A stretch of DNA of 64,000 bases. Source: Longimicrobiales bacterium (lineage in GTDB: Bacteria; Gemmatimonadota; Gemmatimonadetes; Longimicrobiales; Gaopeijiaceae). Made by a program: the position numbers and the translations under genes. Location of the stretch: contig CBDFIQ010000002.1 of NCBI GenBank assembly GCA_965248195.1, positions 3,040,001-3,104,000 on the forward strand, in the 5' to 3' direction. Below, piece by piece: positions 1 to 8,871 of the stretch (position 1 is its first letter; each line of letters starts with the position of its first letter). The notes below the pieces were generated by a model, which did no database searches, was not told the DNA's origin, and saw only the letters and a list, made by a program, of their open reading frames with translations.

Positions 1-413
1 GCTGGCCGCCATCCTGTGAATCCCTCCAGGCATACGGCGAAATCTTCGCCTTGCTCGGAAGACAACAGACCAGGGACGTTCTCAAAGAGAACCCAACGGG
101 GAGCGAGCTCATCAAGGATGCGTATTGCCTCGAGGAACAGCCCGGATTGGTCGTCAGCCAGGCCCTTACGCTTTCCAGCCACACTGAGACCCTGGCAAGG
201 GCTTCCGAAGGTGATGCAGTCCACGGGAGAGAGATTTGCGACTCCGACATTCCTCACGTCCTCATATTTTGGGACATCCGGCCAATGGTGTCGAAGCACT
301 TGGCGGCACTGCTTGTCGATTTCCACCTGCCATGCGCACGTCCAGCCCGCACGGTCCATTCCGAGGTCAAACCCGCCCACGCCAGAGAATAGCGAACCGT
401 AGGTGGGCGTCAT
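1..413 (-). CDS. DNA (cytosine-5)-methyltransferase, N-terminal part (runs off left edge; absent from ORF track)
   Basis: Manual translation from ATG at 413: MTPTYGSLFSGVGGFDLG (motif I)...ITFGSPCQGLS (motif IV, catalytic PC)...LFENVPGL (motif VI). ATG overlaps the stop of the upstream MTase (ATGA at 410-413). Confidence 0.93.
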   Translation of the reverse strand, partial: MTPTYGSLFSGVGGFDLGMDRAGWTCAWQVEIDKQCRQVLRHHWPDVPKYEDVRNVGVANLSPVDCITFGSPCQGLSVAGKRKGLADDQSGLFLEAIRILDELAPRWVLFENVPGLLSSEQGEDFAVCLEGFTGWRP

Positions 414-1610
414 GCGCTCACCCCCACGTTGGCGAACATCGGCGCGTCCTCGTGGATCCGGCGCTCGGCCATCTCCGCGTATTCGGGATTGAGTTCGATC
501 AGGATTGCGTCACGGCCAAGACGATCCGCCACCAGGCCCACGGTGCCCGATCCCCCGAATGGATCGAGCACCGTGGCGGGGACGGGCTCGGTGTCGTGTT
601 CGCACGACGGCTCCCAGCCTTTTGTGGTGCGATCGGATACTACACCCGGGGTGTTGCTGAAATGCCGGGCGACACCCTGAGATTCGAGCGTCCGGTCCTC
701 CGTCTCGCGCTGAATCGCTTTCTGCCGCCGATAAGCCTCGGTGTCCTCCACTTGTCGCGCCCACGGCGCCCCGCACGCGGAGCAACAGCCCTTCTCGCTC
801 GTGCCCGCCTTGATGCACGGCTCAACGAGCTTGGGCGGGAAGGTGGCGAAGTGGGCCTCGGAGAATGGATGCGTGGCAATCGTCCAGAGGTTACGGAGGT
901 TGCGGCCACCACCGTTCCTTCCCTCGGCCGTTCGGATACCTCTGTGAGGCGGCAAAATCCCGCCAGACGGCTCGGGGCGGTGCAGGATGTTCCTTGGATG
1001 GTCAGTACCCGCATCCTCTTCTCGCACCGCCTCCGCATCGTAGAAATACCGTGCGCTCTTGGTGAGCAGGTAAACCTTCTCGTGTGTGCTTGTGGGCCGA
1101 TCCCTCACGCTCTCCGGCATCGGGTTCGGCTTGTGCCACACGATCTCGCTGCGCAGCCACCAGCCGTCCGCCTGGAGCGCCAAGGCGACGCGGGCGGGCA
1201 TCATCACGAGGTCCTTGGGCTTGAGGCCGGTTCGCTTGGCGCTTCCGATGTGGGTGCCTTTCGGCGCTGCACGGACTTGACCTGCGGAGAGCGTAGAAGT
1301 CTCGACGCCAGGATTGCCCCCTTGACTGGGCTCCCCATGAACCGGCGTAAGCATCTCCGTAGTTCAGCCAGAGCGTGCCGTCCTTGCGTAGCACTCGCCG
1401 CACCTCGCGGAACACGCGAACTAGGGCGTCCAGGTGCTCGCCAAACGTTGGCTCCAGCCCGATAGCACCCTGCACGCCGTAGTCACGAAGCCCCCAGTAC
1501 GGCGGGCTCGTCACGACGCAGTGCACGGACTCTTCCGGGAGGGTTCGCAGCCGGTCCAGGCAGTCGCCCACGAGGATCCGCACCCTCATCCGCTCGCTCT
1601 CCTCAGACAC
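410..1610 (-). pseudogene. Site-specific DNA methyltransferase (N4-C/N6-A, beta-class order), split by a frameshift at a G5 run (1317-1321)
   Basis: ORF 1002..1610 carries GDCLDRL...VTSPPYW...LWLNYGD; ORF 410..1354 carries WLRSEIVWHKPNPMPES...HFATFP...LDPFGGSGT...IELNPEY. The halves join in frame if one G is removed at 1317-1321. Confidence 0.85.
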
Positions 1611-2403
1611 CGCACATCCCTTCGCACTCGTTGCTCCAGAGCGTCATCTGGCCGCGCTCCTCAGCCGTCGAAAGGTCCACTTCGTCGAGCGGGACACGGG
1701 ACACGTGGACGAAGCAGCTGTCGGAGCTGCCTTTCCGTATCGTGCGGTCGAACTCGACGGCCTCCCGCCAAGACTCAGGCTCGTTGTCTCTCAGGTCGCG
1801 CCACTCGACGTCCGAACGGTAAGGGCACGCCACGCACGCGGACCTAGCGAGCTCGCGGCCGGGATAGGCGCGTGCGAACCAGGAGAGGCAATCGGCCCGC
1901 GTCATGTGCTTCTCGACGAGCGGGTAGCGATTGAGCCACCAGGCATCGCGAGTCGGCTTCATGCGCTGCGCCTCGTCGATGGTGATGCCCATCCACTGCG
2001 TGGCCGTGACGCCCTCGGGCACGCGGCGACCCTTCGGGACGCCCAAGAGTTCGCGGACCTTCCGTTTGATCGGCGCGATCTTGTACTCGCGGGTGCATTG
2101 TCTCCGACCCATGCCGCCAGACGCCGTGAAGAGCGGCATTGAGGTGAAACGCCGCTTCCCACCGAGCCCGCCGCTCCGGATGTCGCCCGCCGTCACGCGA
2201 TGGATGGGCAGCTTGCCGTCCGTCAGGCGTTGGACCTCGCCTTCCAGCCACTCCAGGTGCTGGTAGACCCGGCGCGGCTCCCACTGTGTGTCGGCGAAGA
2301 CGGCGGCGGTGGGGAAGGGCTGGATCTCGCCCTTGGCGGCCATGAGAATCATGACGCTGGACTGCACACCTGCCCCAAGCGAGATCACGTGGAGGAGGCT
2401 CAT
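1603..2403 (-). CDS. Phage-type PAPS reductase-like / adenine nucleotide alpha-hydrolase family protein
   Basis: PP-loop-like ISLGAGVQS, FADTQWE, RQCTREYKIAPI, SACVACPY and C-terminal NECEGMCGV cysteine motifs. Confidence 0.8.
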   Translation of the reverse strand: MSLLHVISLGAGVQSSVMILMAAKGEIQPFPTAAVFADTQWEPRRVYQHLEWLEGEVQRLTDGKLPIHRVTAGDIRSGGLGGKRRFTSMPLFTASGGMGRRQCTREYKIAPIKRKVRELLGVPKGRRVPEGVTATQWMGITIDEAQRMKPTRDAWWLNRYPLVEKHMTRADCLSWFARAYPGRELARSACVACPYRSDVEWRDLRDNEPESWREAVEFDRTIRKGSSDSCFVHVSRVPLDEVDLSTAEERGQMTLWSNECEGMCGV

Positions 2404-2441
2404 TTCTCGCGCACGTCGCCCACAAGGATCCGCACTTTCAT
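2400..2441 (-). other. 13-aa mini-ORF MKVRILVGDVREK, a copy of the MTase N-terminus
   Basis: 24/27 nt identical to 1563-1589 (MRVRILVGD); ATGA overlaps at both ends (HNH stop and PAPS-reductase-like start). Confidence 0.7.
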
Positions 2442-2830
2442 GGCGAGACCTCCATCAGCCAGGGCTGCCCCGCACGGAGTAGCTCTTCGAGCCGCGCCTC
2501 CACCTCCGGCCGCGACAGATCCTCACCGAGCGACCAGGCGTAGAAGCCAGCCACGTAGGGCCGGAACCATTCAGAGTGGGGGAGGAGGTACGCCTGATCC
2601 ATCCGGACGCGGCCCTGGATGGTGAGGTGGCACGCCTGGCAAAGCGCCGGAATGTTCCACCAACGGCAATTCGCCTTGTCGCCGTCGAGGTGATGCACCG
2701 TCAGCGTGCGGCCGATCCTGGGCGCGTGCGGATGTCCGCAGCGAACGCATCGCCAGTCGGCCTCGTCCTTCGTGGCCTTCGCGATCACTGGCCAGTCGGC
2801 GGGATATTCCCCACGGAAGCGGACGCTCAT
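2438..2830 (-). CDS. HNH endonuclease family protein
   Basis: CVRC...LTVHHLDGDKANCRWWNIPALCQACHL HNH/zinc motif; start chosen at ATG 2830, which overlaps an upstream stop (ATGA). Confidence 0.85.
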   Translation of the reverse strand: MSVRFRGEYPADWPVIAKATKDEADWRCVRCGHPHAPRIGRTLTVHHLDGDKANCRWWNIPALCQACHLTIQGRVRMDQAYLLPHSEWFRPYVAGFYAWSLGEDLSRPEVEARLEELLRAGQPWLMEVSP

Positions 2831-3073
2831 GCGCCCACCCCCCGCTGGCTCCTTGGCCACTCGGCGCCCGCGTCGTCGAAGATCCGGTCTAGGAGCTCCC
2901 GACAGGGGTCCGGGGCGGACCTACGCCAATGTGAGGCGTTGTGAAAACCGTTGACAAAGGTACCGACTTTCGGGCGCGCTTCGGGCCTGCAACGACGCGA
3001 TCCGCTACCCCCGCTACCGTGCGTATTAGGCGTATCTGTGCGGTTTAACGGGTTCTGTGAGGGTTCTGCTGAC
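2827..3073 (-). pseudogene. 3' fragment of a phage-module gene, truncated upstream
   Basis: Open frame whose stop is coupled (ATGA) to the HNH start; no plausible own start before the junction with the VOC fragment. Confidence 0.35.
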
Positions 3074-3280
3074 GAACGACACCATCTCCTCCACGTTCTG
3101 GATCGGAATCGCGACGTGATCGAGAGGCCCAATCCCTGATTCCTGCGTCGCGCCCGCGGCTTCTCGACCGGTAAGCGCGCTCGATGCCGAGACCGCCGCA
3201 CCCGCGGCGAGCACCTGCTTGATGAAGGAGCGACGGGGATTGCACTGTTTCGGGATCGAGCCCGTTTTCGAGCTGCTCAT
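3026..3280 (-). pseudogene. Truncated Tat-exported VOC/glyoxalase family protein
   Basis: RBS GGGGGA before ATG 3280; twin-arginine signal PRRSFIK; start of VOC fold LDHVAIPIQNVEEMVSF, then family-like sequence is lost at ~3073. Confidence 0.7.
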
Positions 3281-3476
3281 GGTGTCCCCCTGATGGTGAA
3301 CCGTGACAACAGGCCAGCCGGTTTTTCTACCAGACACGCACCGATCGTAACATAACGTCTGCTTTGCGAGAGTGAGCTTTTGTGCGATGGGCCCCGCGCA
3401 GCATGGATGACATCGCATCTCAAGTTACGGTGCCTTCGGCTTCCCCGTCGACTCGGTCTCGTCGCACATCTAGTTC

Positions 3477-3492
3477 TTGACAGATCGGTCTG
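3477..3492 (+). promoter_or_regulatory. Putative TetR operator overlapping a -35 TTGACA
   Basis: TTGACAGATCGGTCTG, 13/16 match to palindrome TAGACCGATCGGTCTA, directly upstream of the TetR gene. Confidence 0.65.
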
Positions 3493-3511
3493 AAACTATA
3501 TCTTCTCTTTT

Positions 3512-4093
3512 ATGATAGGCAGACCCAGAGAGTTCGAGCGTGACGACGCGCTGGACAAAGCCATGCAGCTTTTCTGGTCGCAGGGGTACGAGGCGACCGG
3601 CGTGGCCGACCTGTGCTCGCACATGCGCTTGGGTAGGCAGAGCCTCTACAACACCTTCGGCGACAAGGAGTCGCTCTTCATCGAGGCCCTTCATCACTAC
3701 CGGAAAACCCGACTACAGCCGATGGTGGAGACGTTGCGGAGATCGGGCTCAGGGCTCCAGAACGTGAGGAGGATCCTCGATGGCTGGGAAACGGCGGGCG
3801 CACAGATGGCGCAGCGAGGGTGTCTGATGGCCAACTCGATCGCCGAGTTCGGGATGCGAGACACTCGGTTCTCCGCCGTGCTCGGACAGATGCTGGGCGA
3901 GATGGAAGACGCTTTCACCCACGCGCTCGAGAAGGCGCGAGCCGACGGGGAGCTTCCACCGGGGCGCGATCCGCGGACCCTGGCCCGGCTTTTCACGACC
4001 CTGGGCCAGGGCCTGTCCACCGTGGGCAAGCTCGATCCCACGGGGGCGTTTCAGCGCGACGCGGTGGCGTCCGCCCGCATGTTGCTGGCGTAG
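3512..4093 (+). CDS. TetR/AcrR family transcriptional regulator (NemR/ComR-like)
   Basis: GRPREF...AMQLFWSQGYEATGVADL...SLYNTFGDKESLF HTH; C-terminal RGCLMAN motif. Confidence 0.93.
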   Translation: MIGRPREFERDDALDKAMQLFWSQGYEATGVADLCSHMRLGRQSLYNTFGDKESLFIEALHHYRKTRLQPMVETLRRSGSGLQNVRRILDGWETAGAQMAQRGCLMANSIAEFGMRDTRFSAVLGQMLGEMEDAFTHALEKARADGELPPGRDPRTLARLFTTLGQGLSTVGKLDPTGAFQRDAVASARMLLA

Positions 4094-4116
4094 GGGATTG
4101 TTTTTTTGATTCATTC

Positions 4117-4132
4117 TAGACCGATCTTTCCA
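4117..4132 (+). promoter_or_regulatory. Second putative TetR operator upstream of SDR
   Basis: TAGACCGATCTTTCCA, perfect left half of the same palindrome, just before RBS AAGGAG. Confidence 0.55.
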
Positions 4133-4148
4133 TAAAGGAGACACAACG

Positions 4149-4901
4149 ATGAGCGAGAGACTTGCAGGAAAAGTGGCGGTGATCACGGGTGGCAACAGCG
4201 GGATCGGCCTCGCGACGGCTCGGAGCTTCGCGAGCGAAGGAGCGAAGGTCGCGATCCTGGGGCGAGACCCGACGACCCTCGAAGCGGCCGTCTCCGAGTT
4301 GGGTGACGCGGCCATCGGGGTCGTGGGCGACGTGCAGAACCTTCAGGACATCGACCGTTTCTATGAGACGGTCAAGCAGGACTTCGGCTCGATCGACTTC
4401 CTGTTCGTGAACGCGGGTGTGGCCAAAATGCGGCCGGTCGAAGCGGTGGACGAGGAGCACTTCGACGAGCTCTTCGCCGTGAACGTGAAGGGAGCCTTTT
4501 TCACCGTGCAAAAGGCACTGCCCCTCATGAACCACGGGGGTGCGATCGTGCTCAACACCTCGATCGCGAACCAGACCGACAACCCGACCATGAGCGTGTA
4601 TTCCGCGAGCAAAGCGGCGCTCCGTTCCCTGGCCAGGACTTTGGCGGCCGAGCTCGTCGAGCGCGGGATTCGTGTGAACGCCGTGAGCCCCGGCCCCATC
4701 GAGACGCCCATCTACGGCCGTCTGGATCTCCCCCCGGAGGCACAGGAGGAGATGGCTGCGTCCTTCACCGAGCGGGTTCCGCTGAAGCGCTTCGGTTCCG
4801 CCGAGGAGGTCGCCAACGCCGTGCTGTTCCTCTCCAGCCCCGAGTCGTCGTTCGTGCTCGGCCACGAGCTCGTCGTCGACGGCGGAATGACTCAACTCTA
4901 A
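4149..4901 (+). CDS. Short-chain dehydrogenase/reductase
   Basis: TGGNSGIG, NAG, YSASK catalytic motif, VNAVSPGPIETP, VDGG. Confidence 0.96.
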   Translation: MSERLAGKVAVITGGNSGIGLATARSFASEGAKVAILGRDPTTLEAAVSELGDAAIGVVGDVQNLQDIDRFYETVKQDFGSIDFLFVNAGVAKMRPVEAVDEEHFDELFAVNVKGAFFTVQKALPLMNHGGAIVLNTSIANQTDNPTMSVYSASKAALRSLARTLAAELVERGIRVNAVSPGPIETPIYGRLDLPPEAQEEMAASFTERVPLKRFGSAEEVANAVLFLSSPESSFVLGHELVVDGGMTQL

Positions 4902-5006
4902 CCGTAACTCACACTAACCATTCGAGGTGATAGATCATGCATCACGTACACGTAGACCGAGTGATTGACCAGCCGGCCGACGCGGCACAGGCAAAGGAGT
5001 ATTCTC

Positions 5007-5375
5007 ATGGATGACCATTTCCACCAGCTGGAACGACCGGACGGACGCGTGACGGCCCGGTTGGGTGACGAGGTCCTGGCTCGGTCTGAGCGGACGATCC
5101 TCCTGAAGGAGTTTGCACACGGGAGAACGCTCGATCCGGTCTATTACTTCCCACCCGAAGACGTAGCCGTGGACAGGCTCAGGCCGACCGAGACCCGAAC
5201 GTACTGCCCCATCAAGGGGGATGCGTCGTACTGGACGTACTCGGGCGACGCAGGTGCCGAGGAGGATCTCGTCTGGGGGTACCCCGAGCCCATCGACGAC
5301 TCCAGGCATATTGCGGGCCGCATGGCGTTCGATGCGCGGAGGGTGAGCTTCGAAGTGGAGGCACTCGACGCCTGA
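5007..5375 (+). CDS. DUF427 domain protein
   Basis: PVYYFPPEDV, TYCPIKGDASYW, WGYPEP...IAGRMAF; RBS AAGGAG. Confidence 0.88.
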   Translation: MDDHFHQLERPDGRVTARLGDEVLARSERTILLKEFAHGRTLDPVYYFPPEDVAVDRLRPTETRTYCPIKGDASYWTYSGDAGAEEDLVWGYPEPIDDSRHIAGRMAFDARRVSFEVEALDA

Positions 5376-5399
5376 CGTCGTGCACCTCCGCCCGTGAAG

Positions 5400-5430
5400 G
5401 CCCCGCTCGACCCTCAGGGTCGGGCGGGGC
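5400..5430 (+). terminator. GC-rich hairpin after DUF427 gene
   Basis: GCCCCGCTCGACCC-TCA-GGGTCGGGCGGGGC stem-loop; no clear U-tract. Confidence 0.55.
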
Positions 5431-5465
5431 ATTACAGAATCGGCATTCGGATGGTAGAAGTCACC

Positions 5466-5502
5466 TTGCCGCCGCACCCGACTCGAACGCATCTTCCCCG
5501 CC
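5466..5502 (+). promoter_or_regulatory. Promoter module copy 1 (TTGCCG-N18-CATCTT-N7-ATG)
   Basis: Same spacing as five other copies; ATG at 5503 with no room for an RBS, implying a leaderless mRNA. Confidence 0.6.
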
Positions 5503-5940
5503 ATGTTCGAACGTCCCCTCGAGCGCTTCATGCGCCCGATCACCCGCCTGACTGCTGCCCGGCTCTCCTTCGTTGCTTTGTTGCTGTTGTTGGTTCTCGT
5601 GGTGTTGAGCAGAGCCGCCTCCGACGCGCCTCGCCCCATAAACGCCGCCGAAAGCGCCGCCAACGAGCAGCTGACTGACCCGACGGCCGGGGTGGACCGG
5701 GACTCCGCACGGCAGGCCCTCGATGGGACGGTGGCGCGGACTCCGGCGGAGACCAGCGAGCTGCCTCTGGCCACCGGCTGCTTTCGGTCGGGGAGTTCCC
5801 GCGACGAGGTTCGCGCGGTCATGGGAGCGCCGGACACCGTCGTGTTCGGAGCCTGGGAGTACGGGCAGTCCAGTGTGACTTTCGGGTATGGGGTAGTCTT
5901 GGACTACTCGAACCAGGGCGGCAACCTGAGACTCTGCTGA
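5503..5940 (+). CDS. Membrane-anchored hypothetical protein with SmpA/BamE-like C-terminal domain
   Basis: Hydrophobic N-terminal segment; C-terminal GSSRDEVRAVMGAPD...WEYGQSSVTF pattern. Confidence 0.6.
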   Translation: MFERPLERFMRPITRLTAARLSFVALLLLLVLVVLSRAASDAPRPINAAESAANEQLTDPTAGVDRDSARQALDGTVARTPAETSELPLATGCFRSGSSRDEVRAVMGAPDTVVFGAWEYGQSSVTFGYGVVLDYSNQGGNLRLC

Positions 5941-6008
5941 GAAGGCACGCGACGTTACGTGGGCGGGTGATGGGGGCACCGAGGCTCGCACCAGTCGAGT
6001 CGAATCCG

Positions 6009-7574
6009 CTAAAAGATCGTCACGGGCATCGTCAGGAGGGCCGCATATAGGTCGATGGCGTACCAGAGATTCGCGATCCGCAGGTTTTCGTCCGGGGCGT
6101 GCTGGTTGTTGTCGTGATTCGCCACTGAAACGATGATCGCCGGCTTTTGTGCGATCCCGGTGAAGAGGCTCAGCGGGAGCGTGCCACCCATGCCGGGGGC
6201 GATCACTAATGACCCGGGGCCAAACGCACGGTCCGCCGCCGCGCCCGCGGCCGCCATCATATCCTGCGCGAACGGATTCGCCATGGAGGTTCTCGCCGCG
6301 ACCGAACCGCCTCCGCCGGTAACCTTCGCGATCCTGGGATAGAGCAGCCGGGTCTCCATGTCGGGATCCTCGGTCACGACGTGGAAGCCCTGCCGCCGGA
6401 TGTGGTCGACCACGAGCCCGCGCAGTTGGGTCGGGTCGTTTCCCTTCACCAGTCGGATGCCCAGCGCAGCCACAGCCGTGTTGGGGATCACGTTGCGCAC
6501 GAGCGCACCGGTGTTTCCGCTCGTGATCCCCCGCACGTTCAGGGCCGGGACCATCAGCCGCTCGGGGAGCGTCTCGGGCTCCCCTTCGGTCCGCACGAGG
6601 CCGAGCTCCCGTTTGAGCTCCTCGTCCCAAGCGGGCATACCCTCCAGGGCCGCGCGCTCCTCCTCACCGATGGGCTCCACCGTGTCGTACCAGCCCTCGA
6701 TGAGGACACGCCCCGTGTCGTCCTTCATGGACGAGAGAAGGCGGGCGAGAATGTTGCCGGTATCGGGCGTCCAATTGCCGTAGTGCCCCGAGTGGAGATT
6801 CCTGCTCGCGCCATAGACCGTGACCTCCATCCCCATCGAGCCACGGACGCCGAATACGATCTGAGGCCGGCCACTCGGATGCGCGGGGCCGTCGAAGAAG
6901 AGCCAGATGTCGATATCCTCGATGCGGTCCTTCCAACGCTCCATGTACTCGCCCAAATGCGGTGATCCCGCTTCCTCTTCTCCGTCCAGGAAGAAGATCA
7001 GGTTGGACGTGGGCGCGATGCCCGCCTCGCCAAAGGAACGGAGCACCGGAAGGATCGCGGCGATGGGGGCCTTGTCGTCCCCAGCGGAGCGCGCGTAGAT
7101 CCTCCACTCGGGATCGACCGCCTCCCCCTCCTCGGGAAACATCCGCGGCTCCCCTCCGGCCTCCATCGCCGCCGTATAGAACGTCGGCTCGAAAGGGGGA
7201 TGGGTCCAGTTGGTCGGGTCCACGGGCTGGCCATCGTAGTGGGCATAGATTCCGAGCGTTCGCACGGCCCCGGGCACCATCACCTCGCCGTACACGATCG
7301 GAGGGGCACCCTCGATCTCGAGAAGCTCCGAGTTCACTCCCACGGCCAGAAGCTCATCGCGAATGTAGGCCGCGGCGCGGCGGATATCCTCCGTGTCACG
7401 AGCGCGGTTCGGATAGGAGAGCAGCTCGGTGAAGTCCCGTAGGATCGATATTTCATTGGCCTCCCGGAAAGCGCGGGCGACCTCAGGCCCGGATTGGGCC
7501 GCGAGCGGGATCCTCCCGAGGGCGAGCAGCGCCACAAGAGCGATGGACCTGAGTGAGGGGACAAGTGCTGTCAT
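6009..7574 (-). CDS. M20/M25/M40 family metallopeptidase/amidohydrolase, exported
   Basis: YAHYDGQP, ARSAGDDKAP, DGEEEAGS, LHSGHYGN, NNQHAPDEN; signal peptide. Confidence 0.93.
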   Translation of the reverse strand: MTALVPSLRSIALVALLALGRIPLAAQSGPEVARAFREANEISILRDFTELLSYPNRARDTEDIRRAAAYIRDELLAVGVNSELLEIEGAPPIVYGEVMVPGAVRTLGIYAHYDGQPVDPTNWTHPPFEPTFYTAAMEAGGEPRMFPEEGEAVDPEWRIYARSAGDDKAPIAAILPVLRSFGEAGIAPTSNLIFFLDGEEEAGSPHLGEYMERWKDRIEDIDIWLFFDGPAHPSGRPQIVFGVRGSMGMEVTVYGASRNLHSGHYGNWTPDTGNILARLLSSMKDDTGRVLIEGWYDTVEPIGEEERAALEGMPAWDEELKRELGLVRTEGEPETLPERLMVPALNVRGITSGNTGALVRNVIPNTAVAALGIRLVKGNDPTQLRGLVVDHIRRQGFHVVTEDPDMETRLLYPRIAKVTGGGGSVAARTSMANPFAQDMMAAAGAAADRAFGPGSLVIAPGMGGTLPLSLFTGIAQKPAIIVSVANHDNNQHAPDENLRIANLWYAIDLYAALLTMPVTIF

Positions 7575-7688
7575 CGGTTCGCCCTGGGTTGTGAGTGCAG
7601 GGCATACGAGCTCGCGTAGATGGACCTCATGATCGTGGTTTGCGACAGACTTTTTTCACAAAGATGCTCGTGACGAAGCCCTTTCTAC

Positions 7689-8783
7689 TCAGGGATCGAT
7701 GTATCTGACGTAGCGCTTCACCGCCCGCGGTCCGACCTCGGCGCTGTAGATCACGCCATCGACGTCCGCCACCACACCCTCACCGCCGCTGCTACCCGAG
7801 ATGGGTCCGTTGTTCGCATCCGCCGGATCGGGAATGAACGCCCACACCTCGCCAGTCCGGGCGCTGCCCACACGAATTCCGCGCCTCCAGTCGCCGCGGC
7901 CCCGGCCCTCATTCGACTCCGAATCGACCCCGTACAGGATGTCGTTCTGGTCGATATAGATCCCGCTCAACCGGCTGAACTGATACCACTGGTCGAGGAA
8001 GTTCCCATCCTGGTCGAAGATCTGGATCCGACTGTTGCCACGGTCGGCCACGAAGAGCCGCCCCTGTGAGTCCATGGCCAACCCGTGGGGCGTGTTGAAC
8101 TGACCCGGCTCCGATCCTGCCTCGCCCCACGCAGTGATGTACGTGCCGTCGGGCGCAAACTTGACGATTCGCACGTTGCTGTTTCCGCCATGACCATCGG
8201 CGACGAAGATGTCTCCGTTGGGTGCCGTGTGGACGTCGGAGGGCATGTTGAAGTGGCGCTCGTCGTTCCCGGTCTCACCGGGCACGCCAAGACGGAGGAG
8301 GATCTCCCCCTGCGGACTGAACTTGACGACCTGATGCCCTTTGTTGGCGGCCCCCACCCCCTGCACGAACGGGGCGTCCGTCACCCAGACGTTACCGTCC
8401 CGATCCACGTGGAAACCGTGGGGGATCGCGAAGATCCCACCGCCGAAGCTCCTCACCAGGATACCGTCGGGATTGAACTTGAGAACGACCGGCAGCTCCG
8501 AGTCGGCACAGCTGTTCGGTGAATAGCGCGGATTGAGCGAATCGGACCCACAACGTTCGGCGACCCAGATCGACTTGCCGTCCGGGTCGACGTCGATCGA
8601 ACTCGTCGCTCCCCAGTGTCGACCGATCGGCATCTTGGCCCAGCCATCGGTCGACTGGTAGGGGTTCGGCAGGTCGTCGTTCGGCCCTGAACCCGCCTGG
8701 GCGAACAGAAAGTCGGTGGCCGCCCCGAGTGTGGCAAGAACCAGAGTCAGTTCGAACAGGGTTCGGATTGCGCGCGTCAGCAT
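7689..8783 (-). CDS. NHL-repeat beta-propeller (peptidyl-alpha-hydroxyglycine amidating lyase-like), exported
   Basis: Repeated PHGFHVDRDGNVWVTD, FNMPSDV...IFVADG, FNTPHGLAMDSQGRLFVADRGNSRIQIFD. Confidence 0.9.
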   Translation of the reverse strand: MLTRAIRTLFELTLVLATLGAATDFLFAQAGSGPNDDLPNPYQSTDGWAKMPIGRHWGATSSIDVDPDGKSIWVAERCGSDSLNPRYSPNSCADSELPVVLKFNPDGILVRSFGGGIFAIPHGFHVDRDGNVWVTDAPFVQGVGAANKGHQVVKFSPQGEILLRLGVPGETGNDERHFNMPSDVHTAPNGDIFVADGHGGNSNVRIVKFAPDGTYITAWGEAGSEPGQFNTPHGLAMDSQGRLFVADRGNSRIQIFDQDGNFLDQWYQFSRLSGIYIDQNDILYGVDSESNEGRGRGDWRRGIRVGSARTGEVWAFIPDPADANNGPISGSSGGEGVVADVDGVIYSAEVGPRAVKRYVRYIDP

Positions 8784-8871
8784 CGTTTCCTCCTCTCTTG
8801 TCCGATCCTACAGTCCAGAACACATCAGCGTTCAGGTAAGAACATCATGGGCGTTCCGCTAGGGCACGAAA

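Larger units (their letters stand above)
1..3073 (-). mobile_element. Prophage-like remnant (DNA-modification/HNH gene module), continues off the left edge
   Basis: Co-oriented, stop/start-overlapping genes for C5 MTase, N4/N6 MTase, PAPS-reductase-like protein and HNH, a set typical of temperate phage early regions; ends abruptly against a truncated host-type gene near 3073. No structural or integrase genes in the window. Confidence 0.65.

Noticed and set aside
16..402. Plus-strand ORFs 16..402 and 51..392 (and many similar overlapping ORFs throughout)
   Set aside because: Antisense shadows of genes with clear motifs on the other strand; long spurious ORFs are expected at this GC content.
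1..2830. Host restriction-modification or Dnd/Ssp phosphorothioation defence system
   Set aside because: No recognisable restriction enzyme, DndD/E, Ssp partners or cysteine desulfurase; the small HNH and gene packing fit a phage module better.
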